Virus record (IMG/VR): IMGVR_UViG_3300045988_061944
Span: 1 to 37,987 of that record
DNA from: a virus
Direction: 5' to 3' (one strand)
DNA: 37,987 bases
The notes beneath the pieces are model-generated. The model worked only from the letters and a program-made list of their open reading frames with translations, searched no databases and was not told the DNA's origin. A program made the position numbers and the translations under genes. Below, one piece after another: positions 1 through 6,538 of this stretch (position 1 is its first letter; every line of letters begins with the position of its first letter).

Positions 1-39
1 ACGGTGCACGTAGAAAGTGCAGTAAAACTTGTGAGGGAA
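1..39. repeat. 39-bp direct repeat, left copy (candidate attL core)
   Basis: ACGGTGCACGTAGAAAGTGCAGTAAAACTTGTGAGGGAA is identical to 37949-37987. It contains inverted repeats TGCAC (5-9) and GTGCA (17-21) around the 7-nt spacer GTAGAAA. Confidence 0.7.
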
Positions 40-79
40 TAAGGGGATTTGCAGGATTTTAGGTGCAAAGTTCAGTCGT

Positions 80-100
80 TTTGCCACCCATTTGCCACCC
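80..100 (+). promoter_or_regulatory. Two TTTGCCACCC direct repeats (80-89, 91-100), candidate integrase arm-type sites
   Basis: Exact 10-mers spaced 11 bp apart. The same TTGCCACC octamer recurs twice with 11-bp spacing at 37803-37821. Confidence 0.45.
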
Positions 101-127
101 TAAAAAAATAAATATTGTAGTTGAACG

Positions 128-180
128 GAAAAACGGTTGAACACTCTGAACTTAACAGGGATGTTCAACCGCCTTTTTTT
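128..180. terminator. Bidirectional intrinsic terminator downstream of int
   Basis: 9-bp stem GGTTGAACA (135-143) / TGTTCAACC (162-170). T7 follows on the + strand (174-180) and T5 follows on the - strand (complement of A5 at 129-133). The 18-nt loop is long. Confidence 0.5.
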
Positions 181-1405
181 ATTGTGTTTGTATTGCATTT
201 TCAAAAACATCGACCGCCGTCTGCTGCATAGCATCGGTATTGAATGTATAGGTTTGCAATGTTGTTGTGATATCTTTGTGTCCTAATCGTTCCATGACTG
301 TTTTGGGGTTTACTCCATTCTCTGCCAGGATCGTGCCGTGTGTATGCCGCAGGCAGTGTGCATGAAACAGCGGATTATTCAATTCATAGTGGATAATTCT
401 TGCACAGTACTTGAAAGAATCCGGAGTCAGCAAGGCACCGTTTTCTTTGACACACAAGGGCAATATTTCTTTATAAGGTACATCTATGTCGGCACGGATC
501 TGAGCAATTGAGCGATCCGGCAGCAGGTATGTTTTTGAGTAAGCCCCTCCGTATTTCAGTTTGTTTATCCGTCTTTGCTGAATGGCGAATTTTAATTCTT
601 TTTCCAAAGTTTCACCCATTTTTATAGTACGGTAAGAGTCGTACTTTGGCGGCTTTATATACCAGGTCTTTTCAACCTTCTGCATCTGTCCATGTATTCT
701 CAATTCGTGCTTTTCAAAATCTACATCCTGGCTTAAATCAATAGCAAATGTTTCCCCGATCCTGGTTCCGGTATTATATGGAACAACCAGCGACAGATGA
801 AAACAGTTATCTGCCGGGAAGCGTTTCAGGATCTGGTTAAATTCTTCGGCAGAACAGATATATTCCGTATGTGCTTTTGCGGTCATATCCATAGGCATCT
901 TACCGATTTTTACAGCAACACAGGGATTTGCCTGGATGTATTTCAATGGCAATATTGCATAGTTCATAGCACCTTGAAGGCAGGTCAGTGTGTTCTGGAT
1001 CATGCTCTTTGAAAATCCTTTTACTTTCATACTGTCAGCCCATTCTTGCACTTTGTCCGGAGCATATTGAAAGCTGCTTAAACGGTAGATACCAAAAGCA
1101 GGTTTCAGATGCAGCCGTATTTTTGATTCGTAATCGCGGTAAGTGTTATAGCTATAGCCATGATCTACGTTTTTATGTATGACAGTTTCTAGCCAGTAGT
1201 CGAGATAATCAGAAACACTGATTTCTTTTGGAGAAAAAGTTCTGCCTGAATTATTATACTCAGCTATGGCAGCAGCTCTTGCATCTAATGCTTCTTTTTG
1301 CGTCCGGAAGCCGCCCTTTTCGATTTTGTTTCGTTCTCCATTGATCTTTGCTGTATCAAAATAGTAAGACCAAGTTGAGCCTCTTTTTCTGACACCAGTT
1401 GCCAT
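179..1405 (-). CDS. int: Tyrosine recombinase / phage integrase with N-terminal arm-binding-type domain
   Basis: The N-terminus ATGVRKRGSTWSYYFD is typical of phage and Tn916-like integrases. The C-terminus HCLRHTHGT...LGHKDITTTLQTYTF carries the R-H-R-Y catalytic context. Start chosen at ATG 1405, preceded by CAGGAGGATGATATT; the ORF track starts at 1447. Confidence 0.95.
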   Translation of the reverse strand: MATGVRKRGSTWSYYFDTAKINGERNKIEKGGFRTQKEALDARAAAIAEYNNSGRTFSPKEISVSDYLDYWLETVIHKNVDHGYSYNTYRDYESKIRLHLKPAFGIYRLSSFQYAPDKVQEWADSMKVKGFSKSMIQNTLTCLQGAMNYAILPLKYIQANPCVAVKIGKMPMDMTAKAHTEYICSAEEFNQILKRFPADNCFHLSLVVPYNTGTRIGETFAIDLSQDVDFEKHELRIHGQMQKVEKTWYIKPPKYDSYRTIKMGETLEKELKFAIQQRRINKLKYGGAYSKTYLLPDRSIAQIRADIDVPYKEILPLCVKENGALLTPDSFKYCARIIHYELNNPLFHAHCLRHTHGTILAENGVNPKTVMERLGHKDITTTLQTYTFNTDAMQQTAVDVFENAIQTQ

Positions 1406-1444
1406 AATATCATCCTCCTGTTCGTAAAATGGGTATAAAAAATA

Positions 1445-1458
1445 CACCTGTACAGGTG
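1445..1458. promoter_or_regulatory. Perfect 14-bp palindrome CACCTGTACAGGTG upstream of int
   Basis: Exact self-complementary 14-mer about 40 nt upstream of the int start codon. Candidate operator or regulator site. Confidence 0.35.
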
Positions 1459-1484
1459 CTGGAGGATTGTGGTATAATCAGCTT

Positions 1485-1570
1485 GCTTAGAGATGATCAT
1501 ACCGGTCTCCAGACCTGTATAGATTCACTGATCCGCTTCGGTGCTGGTAACACTGGGGCGGATTTTTTGT
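1485..1570 (+). ncRNA. Candidate small + strand transcript, antisense to the cargo-to-int intergenic region
   Basis: Extended -10 TGgTATAAT (1470-1478) with TGTACA 18 nt upstream. Hairpin ATCCGC (1531-1536) / GCGGAT (1558-1563) is followed by a T-run (1564-1568). No ORF. The terminator loop is large (21 nt). Confidence 0.25.
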
Positions 1571-1586
1571 TTATTTCAGCATTTTT

Positions 1587-2408
1587 TTAAAATGCATACT
1601 TGTAACCTGATTCGTATCCGCAGTTGATAGAATCCGTCATTTTAAAATTAGGTTTTTCAATTTTCCAGGAAGATCCCTTTTTGACTAATTTAAACGTAAT
1701 AGTTTCTCCCCATAAAGAAAAATCATCATCATAGTCTATATTAAACAGAATGTCTTTATACACAGCGTTTCGAAAATCAGCAGCGGAGTCGTCTGGATAA
1801 TCAAGAAAGTAATATTTATTTTCTATCAACGCCTTTTCTACAGCAAAGCTGGCATCCGGATAACGACAATATACTTTTACTGTTGCTCTGTTCCTTTTAA
1901 CAGATAATGATCTAAACTCGTATCGCATTCGTTTATTGTATTTTTTGCAGAAAGAAGCCATTTGTTTGTATTCAACAAAGACTTTTAAATCAGAGCCGCG
2001 AACAAAACATTTTCTCATTTTTTTAACATCATATTTTTTTGCAGCTGAGTAGAAGCTGTCAACAACTTTTTTAACCTTCTTTTCTGCCTTGGTCATCTTC
2101 TTTTTAGGAATTGTTTTGTATTCCTCTTCATCACAGTAAATACAATAACGAGACAGTGTTCCTTCAGAAAATTTTGTGGCTTTTTCAGATACTTTCCAGT
2201 TACTAAAAACATGAGCTGTTTTAGGGATTGATCGACGCTGATATTCATGGCATACAGAACAATAGCGAGTTTCTACACCTTCATCCTCACAATCGGCTTT
2301 ATACAACACTTCCCACTGATCGTTGTTGTGCTGACATTCAGCAAGAACAGACAATGGGGACGAAAGAGCTAAAGTAGTGGCTACCAGTACAAAAATTTTC
2401 TTTTTCAT
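1587..2408 (-). CDS. Secreted protein of unknown function (signal peptide, duplicated Cys motif, C-terminal alpha/beta domain)
   Basis: N-terminus MKKKIFVLVATTLALSSPLSVLA is signal-peptide-like. Two copies of W-x-V...RYCxxC...IPK are present. RBS ATAAAGGAGGATGAGTT precedes the ATG. An ATGA overlap couples it to the upstream gene. Visibly A+T-rich. Confidence 0.8.
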   Translation of the reverse strand: MKKKIFVLVATTLALSSPLSVLAECQHNNDQWEVLYKADCEDEGVETRYCSVCHEYQRRSIPKTAHVFSNWKVSEKATKFSEGTLSRYCIYCDEEEYKTIPKKKMTKAEKKVKKVVDSFYSAAKKYDVKKMRKCFVRGSDLKVFVEYKQMASFCKKYNKRMRYEFRSLSVKRNRATVKVYCRYPDASFAVEKALIENKYYFLDYPDDSAADFRNAVYKDILFNIDYDDDFSLWGETITFKLVKKGSSWKIEKPNFKMTDSINCGYESGYKYAF

Positions 2409-3364
2409 AACTCATCCTCCTTTATCTTTTTTAAGTCGTAACGTGGACCTTTGCGGATATCCAAAATGTAAGGGTCAGGCATTTCATAGTCACCCCAGCA
2501 TGTACGAAGGATTTCTTTTTTAGAAATATTTTCCTTTGAAGTGTCTGCAAATTCAAGTCCTTTTTCCATCGCCATCTTTCGAATCTTTTGAAAATTTTTT
2601 GAGTTTGAGTTCTTCATTCGAGAATAGCCGTTTAAGGATTTCGGGGCAATTCTTGGCAGATGTTTCAAAATCCAAAAATATTCTTTTTCTGTTTCTTTCT
2701 TTAATCGCATTTCAGATGCATATTTTTCATAGGCAGCCTTTTCGATATTTCCCCTATTATCAATAAAAGGGCGGTTACTAAAAGCAATAATTCGATCAGG
2801 GTCACAATATAATGGCTCGCTAATTCCCCAGATAAAAGAGCAGGCAGACAGACGAGTTTCCCAAAAATCTTCAGGTAGAACAGGAAAACGGGTGTCAGAA
2901 CCGGAAATACTGAAAACCCTGCCGCGATACATTGCCTCTTTAGCACTTGCAGGTTCGTGGTAAGAAGCTTCTAGTAAATCAGTGCCTAATTTTGCGGCAT
3001 CTGAGAGAACTTTATTTTTAAATTCATTTTGAAAGTTCTTTTCTTGTTTGGCACCTTCAAGAGATACTTCCTCAGCTTCGTCCCATTGATTATTTAACTT
3101 TAAATATTTTTCTAAACGTTCAAAGCAATCCGGATATGGCATAGGAGAGAATGGGATGATTTCAACAGCTTTTTCTAAGCAAGCTATAGCACATTCCATA
3201 TCTCCCTCTTTTTTAAATTCTGTGGCTTTGCGTTGCAAAACATATTCAATGCTATCCATAAAATCATCGGGAAGTTCAAATTTTTCTGTAGGAACAGGAA
3301 TAGATAAAATGTCCTCTAATGTATCCATCTTGTAATTGATTGCAAGAGGATCGTATTTTTCCAT
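2405..3364 (-). CDS. Cytoplasmic protein of unknown function (TPR-like N-terminal segment)
   Basis: 319-aa ORF with RBS ATAAAGGAGAAAATGAGTT before the ATG. It starts 31 nt downstream of the immA-like stop. I recognise no motif. A+T-rich. Confidence 0.8.
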   Translation of the reverse strand: MEKYDPLAINYKMDTLEDILSIPVPTEKFELPDDFMDSIEYVLQRKATEFKKEGDMECAIACLEKAVEIIPFSPMPYPDCFERLEKYLKLNNQWDEAEEVSLEGAKQEKNFQNEFKNKVLSDAAKLGTDLLEASYHEPASAKEAMYRGRVFSISGSDTRFPVLPEDFWETRLSACSFIWGISEPLYCDPDRIIAFSNRPFIDNRGNIEKAAYEKYASEMRLKKETEKEYFWILKHLPRIAPKSLNGYSRMKNSNSKNFQKIRKMAMEKGLEFADTSKENISKKEILRTCWGDYEMPDPYILDIRKGPRYDLKKIKEDEL

Positions 3365-3395
3365 AACTCATTTTCTCCTTTATGTGTTTTATATT

Positions 3396-3884
3396 TCAAA
3401 GGCTCGCACCTATGATTTCACTTTTTTTCATCACCGCCAGTGACGGCTCAAAGAATACAACATAATTATCTACTTCGGCACACACGCCATACTTGGAGCG
3501 ATAGCGATCAATCGCATCCTGAAAAAATTCTTCTGTAACCCCAAGATATTCAGCAGCTTCGTGCCTTGAATGACAGCCTTGCTTATATGCATTTACTAGT
3601 CCGATCAGACCGATCTGCTGGTTATATGCCCAGAGCCTGCCTTTTAGTTCTTGTTTGCGGTTCTCTACATCGCTCTGATCGGTGATATCTCCAACGGCGG
3701 TGTGATAGTGTCCGATTTCCTCGGCAAGAACACAGGCTTTTTCAACGGATGTGTCGATTTTGTTGCTGATGGCAACCATTCCATCACAATACAGTCCTTT
3801 GATTCTATCACTCTGAAAATTGTAGTCTACTATATCTATACCTTCCTTGCAGGCTTGCTCTTGCAATTTTTCGTAAATGTTCAT
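3396..3884 (-). CDS. ImmA/IrrE-family (DUF955) metallopeptidase-like protein, variant metal motif
   Basis: Size, position next to an XRE repressor and the motif context CVLAEEIGHYHT (EEIGH in place of HEXXH). Start chosen at ATG 3884 after GGGAGGTTTTTACA; the ORF track starts at 3923. Confidence 0.7.
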   Translation of the reverse strand: MNIYEKLQEQACKEGIDIVDYNFQSDRIKGLYCDGMVAISNKIDTSVEKACVLAEEIGHYHTAVGDITDQSDVENRKQELKGRLWAYNQQIGLIGLVNAYKQGCHSRHEAAEYLGVTEEFFQDAIDRYRSKYGVCAEVDNYVVFFEPSLAVMKKSEIIGASL

Positions 3885-3916
3885 TGTAAAAACCTCCCAC
3901 TCTTGTATATTTGAAA

Positions 3917-3945
3917 TTGACAAATATTTTTGAGTGCCCTATAAT
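3917..3945 (+). promoter_or_regulatory. Consensus sigma-70-type promoter driving a + strand antisense RNA
   Basis: TTGACA (3917-3922), exactly 17-nt spacer, TATAAT (3940-3945). Confidence 0.6.
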
Positions 3946-3951
3946 ATACTT

Positions 3952-4050
3952 ATCAAGACAGCCAGTAAGGGAGGTCAAGGCTCCCTGTCCTGGTGATCTG
4001 CACTAAAATAGCCGCCTATCTTTTCCAGAGAGCAGGGCGGCTATTTCTTA
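3952..4050 (+). ncRNA. Candidate antitoxin sRNA convergent with the small toxin gene
   Basis: Runs from the consensus promoter to the shared hairpin 4008-4044 followed by TTTCTTAT. It contains the nested hairpins GACAG...CTGTC and AGGGAG...CTCCCT and has no ORF. It overlaps the 3' end and stop codon of the toxin mRNA. Confidence 0.45.
4004..4048. terminator. Bidirectional terminator shared by toxin mRNA and antisense RNA
   Basis: 9-bp stem ATAGCCGCC (4008-4016) / GGCGGCTAT (4036-4044). The - strand is followed by TTTTAG and the + strand by TTCTTAT. Confidence 0.6.
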
Positions 4051-4124
4051 TGTGTGTATGTAAGAATCGAAACGATTAAACTGGCTGTCGTCAGAATGAT
4101 CATAAATGTTTCATAATCGCTCAT
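4041..4124 (-). CDS. 27-aa hydrophobic peptide, holin-like / type I toxin-like (Hol-Tox-type pattern)
   Basis: Absent from the ORF track because it is under 60 aa. Sequence MSDYETFMIILTTASLIVSILTYTHKK: one TM helix with a KK tail. RBS GGGAGGGG lies 8 nt upstream of the ATG. The stop codon is inside the terminator stem. Confidence 0.6.
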   Translation of the reverse strand: MSDYETFMIILTTASLIVSILTYTHKK

Positions 4125-4192
4125 AAGCATCCCCTCCCATCAAGTCTCAGGAAGGGAACCACAGCCGCTCTACTGGCTGCCTGGGTAAGTAT

Positions 4193-4225
4193 ATTATATT
4201 GTCATGGTGCATTTCTATTTGTCAT
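4193..4225 (-). promoter_or_regulatory. Candidate (suboptimal) promoter of the toxin mRNA
   Basis: TATAAT on the - strand (4198-4193) with ATGACA 21 nt upstream. The promoter and first ~25 nt of leader resemble the antisense promoter (TGACAAATA ... TATAATATACTTA ... CAGCCAGTA). Confidence 0.35.
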
Positions 4226-4258
4226 AATTTCTTTCATTAATATGAACGGACTCTGCTT

Positions 4259-4594
4259 TTAAACGGTGGAGTCTTTTCTTTTATTCTTAACAAACTCTGC
4301 AAATTGGCGGATTTCATCCAGTTCAGATTTTGTGTACTCGTCACCATCGAAGTGAGCCGCAAGAGTAGTGGAAGGTTGAATTCCATCAAATTCAGTAAGT
4401 CCCATCAGTTTCCCTGGGGTAGTTCCGAGAGCTTTTGCGAATGCAAGAATCTTACTTTGTTGTAAATCTACTTCACCTTTTTCAATCTTAGCAATAGAAG
4501 AGCGACTTGTATAACCAGTAAGTTTTGCTAATTCGTCTTGTGATAATCCTTTTTCTTCTCTAAGTTGTTTTATATTCTTATATAAATCTAACAT
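4259..4594 (-). CDS. XRE-family HTH repressor (CI-like)
   Basis: LREEKGLSQDELAKLTGYTSRSSIAKIEKGEVDLQQSKILAFAKALG is a canonical HTH_3 pattern. RBS GAAGGGAGG. Divergent from the early operon. Confidence 0.9.
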   Translation of the reverse strand: MLDLYKNIKQLREEKGLSQDELAKLTGYTSRSSIAKIEKGEVDLQQSKILAFAKALGTTPGKLMGLTEFDGIQPSTTLAAHFDGDEYTKSELDEIRQFAEFVKNKRKDSTV

Positions 4595-4627
4595 TATAAA
4601 CCTCCCTTCTGAAATTTACTATATCAT

Positions 4628-4716
4628 ATGTGTGAAAAAAATTCAACATAAATATAAAAAAGTGTTGACACATATTCACGGTAGTGTTATAGTGATGATG
4701 TGAATTAAATTCAACA
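4628..4716. promoter_or_regulatory. Genetic switch: operators O1 (4631-4648) and O2 (4699-4716) flanking rightward promoter PR
   Basis: PR is TTGACA (4665-4670), 17 nt, TATAGT (4688-4693). Operators follow TGTGAA-N5-TTCAACA. Each operator contains TTGAAT on the - strand with a possible -10 17 nt downstream (leftward repressor promoters). A degenerate copy TGTTGA-N6-TTCACG lies at 4663-4680, over the -35. Confidence 0.55.
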
Positions 4717-4725
4717 AAGAGAGAG

Positions 4726-4947
4726 GTGAAAACAGTGGTCAATACTCGTTTGTTAGAGCAAGCAATAAGTGATTCTGGAATGACGATGGTTGCTATAGCT
4801 AAGAAATCCGGAATATCACGAGAAACACTCTACAATAAATTGCGAGGAGTAAGCGAATTTAAAGCTTCGGAAATATCAAACTTGTCAAAAGTCTTAAGGC
4901 TTTCTACTGGCGAAAGAGATAGTATTTTTTTTAGCTCTGAGATGTGA
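4726..4947 (+). CDS. Small HTH protein, candidate Cro-like early regulator
   Basis: GMTMVAIAKKSGISRETLYNKLRG is an HTH pattern. This is the first gene of the rightward operon. The start is GTG at 4726 or at 4735; the latter has better spacing from GAGAGGTGA. Confidence 0.7.
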   Translation: MKTVVNTRLLEQAISDSGMTMVAIAKKSGISRETLYNKLRGVSEFKASEISNLSKVLRLSTGERDSIFFSSEM

Positions 4948-4962
4948 ATAATATTCAACAAA
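4941..4962. promoter_or_regulatory. Third operator copy O3 overlapping the cro-like stop codon
   Basis: GATGTGAATAATATTCAACAAA matches O2 (GATGTGAATTAAATTCAACAAA) at 19 of 22 positions. Confidence 0.45.
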
Positions 4963-4984
4963 AAGCAAGCGGAAGGAGGGGAAG

Positions 4985-5137
4985 ATGAAGAAAAAATATG
5001 AAGACATGACACCGGAAGAGCAGAGAAAATATCTGGATAAAATGAACCGCCAGACAGAAGGAATCTCGCTGGCGGCTCTGGCTCTTAGCTTTGTTTCTCT
5101 GGTGATACTCGTAATTAAAAAACGACTTGGACTATGA
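4985..5137 (+). CDS. 50-aa protein with C-terminal transmembrane helix
   Basis: Absent from the ORF track. RBS GGAAGGAGGGGAAG precedes the ATG. Sequence MKKKYEDMTPEEQRKYLDKMNRQTEGISLAALALSFVSLVILVIKKRLGL. Confidence 0.55.
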   Translation: MKKKYEDMTPEEQRKYLDKMNRQTEGISLAALALSFVSLVILVIKKRLGL

Positions 5138-5184
5138 TGGCGATGATGCTGATTATGAATGAATAGGAAAGTGAGGTGAGCAAC

Positions 5185-5607
5185 ATGAAAACATTCGGTG
5201 AAAAGCTGAAACAAGCCATGCAGAAATTGCATTTAAACCAAATCCAAGTTTCCGGTCTGACAGGAAAGAGCAAAGGTTCAATTAGCCAGTATCTTTCTGA
5301 TAAACAGGTACCACCAGAAGAAACGCAGGTGGATATAGCATTGGCACTTGGACTGGCTGAGGATTATTTCTCGGATAAAAACGATAAATTTTCTGTACTT
5401 CCGACTAAGGAAATAAGAAACAAAATCATTCCGAGGTTAGATATTAACGAAGCAGCAAAAATGCTCGGAATGAACCATAATACAGTTCGAAAAGGACTGC
5501 AACAGGGAGTTTTCCCGTGGGGGTATGGTATCCGGACGTCGGAAAACCGATGGGTGTACTTTATCAATGCAAAGAGATTTGCGGAGATTGAAGGAATTGC
5601 ATTTTAA
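5185..5607 (+). CDS. Dual HTH protein: N-terminal XRE-type HTH plus C-terminal excisionase/MerR-like HTH
   Basis: N-terminus LHLNQIQVSGLTGKSKGSISQYLSDKQ. C-terminus INEAAKMLGMNHNTVRKGLQQGVFPWGY. ATG 5185 follows AGTGAGGTGAGCAAC; the ORF track starts at GTG 5176. Confidence 0.7.
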   Translation: MKTFGEKLKQAMQKLHLNQIQVSGLTGKSKGSISQYLSDKQVPPEETQVDIALALGLAEDYFSDKNDKFSVLPTKEIRNKIIPRLDINEAAKMLGMNHNTVRKGLQQGVFPWGYGIRTSENRWVYFINAKRFAEIEGIAF

Positions 5608-5622
5608 GAAAGGAGACAAGCA

Positions 5623-5844
5623 ATGAAAAGAAGAGAAACAGAAGTAACAGAAGAAGTGGAAGAAACAACCGGAGCTGGTGTGATTGCCCCGATTTTAGCC
5701 ACAGCGACCGCAGCGTTCACGTTCTGGTGGCTGGGAAAGTACAGCACGATTTGTGAACGCGATATTATCGGCACTGCCATCACAGTGTGGTGTGCGGTAT
5801 TGATCCGTATGCTAATGTGGATGGGCAAGGAGGAAGCAGAATGA
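5623..5844 (+). CDS. Small membrane protein (two hydrophobic segments)
   Basis: 73-aa ORF with RBS AAAGGAGACAAGCA. Hydrophobic stretches GAGVIAPILATATAAFTFWWL and IIGTAITVWCAVLIRMLMWM. Confidence 0.6.
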   Translation: MKRRETEVTEEVEETTGAGVIAPILATATAAFTFWWLGKYSTICERDIIGTAITVWCAVLIRMLMWMGKEEAE

Positions 5845-6272
5845 GCAAGATTATTAAGGTTAGTACGGATTTGAAAGTGACCGTGCATGATTTCCCACAG
5901 GGAACAATAAGAGAGCGGAACAGACAGCTCTGTGAGCTGATCGGGAACGGATGCGAGATGATCGAGCACGTCATGCCAAGACGACTGTATAACGAATTAA
6001 GTCATACGACAGAAGTTAAATGTGAAAACAGCAAGTGTGTGGCTATGCTGGTTGACGAAGAGTTTCTGTTCAAGAATGAACTTCAGTTTAACCCGATCGG
6101 CTGCTATCTGTACGAAACCGACAAACACGGCTCCCCAATCATGGGAAACATTTTGTTTGTAGGTGATACATATACAGGCGATGGCATTACGTTTTCAGGG
6201 ATTGAAGAAGAGACATTCAACAAATTGTATGAGCAGTTGAAGCAGCTGGCATGGAAAACGGGGGAAAAATGA
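5841..6272 (+). CDS. Hypothetical early protein (possibly DUF3846-like)
   Basis: ATG 5841 follows AAGGAGGAAGCAGA and forms an ATGA overlap with the upstream stop. The family guess is from memory of the pattern only. Confidence 0.6.
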   Translation: MSKIIKVSTDLKVTVHDFPQGTIRERNRQLCELIGNGCEMIEHVMPRRLYNELSHTTEVKCENSKCVAMLVDEEFLFKNELQFNPIGCYLYETDKHGSPIMGNILFVGDTYTGDGITFSGIEEETFNKLYEQLKQLAWKTGEK

Positions 6273-6538
6273 CAGCAGAAGAGAGAAGAAAATGGATTGG
6301 TGTATTACTGGATAAGGTACTGACAATTCATGAACAGGGAAAACATTATGTCGGTCTGGATATTAACAATGTTGATGATTCAATAATGGTCACCGTAACT
6401 GCAATAAAACATGGATGGGATGCAGATAGAGAGTATGATTTCCATAAATACTGTATTATGGATCTCGATACAAAAGAACTTCCAGTAATGGTCGAGTTTC
6501 TGGACAGCCTGATCGAGGACAAGGAGGTATCAGAATGA
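6269..6538 (+). CDS. Hypothetical early protein
   Basis: ATG 6269 forms an ATGA overlap with the upstream stop. The frame is consistent with the 6251 track ORF. Confidence 0.55.
   Translation: MTAEERRKWIGVLLDKVLTIHEQGKHYVGLDINNVDDSIMVTVTAIKHGWDADREYDFHKYCIMDLDTKELPVMVEFLDSLIEDKEVSE

Noticed and set aside
1-39. The terminal 39-mer as a packaging-related direct terminal repeat or cos site.
   Set aside because: The terminase is PBSX-type with an HTH TerS, a headful/pac-style pairing. The repeat lies between the lysis genes and int, where attP is expected, far from terS. An assembly-overlap artefact cannot be excluded and is noted in the first finding.
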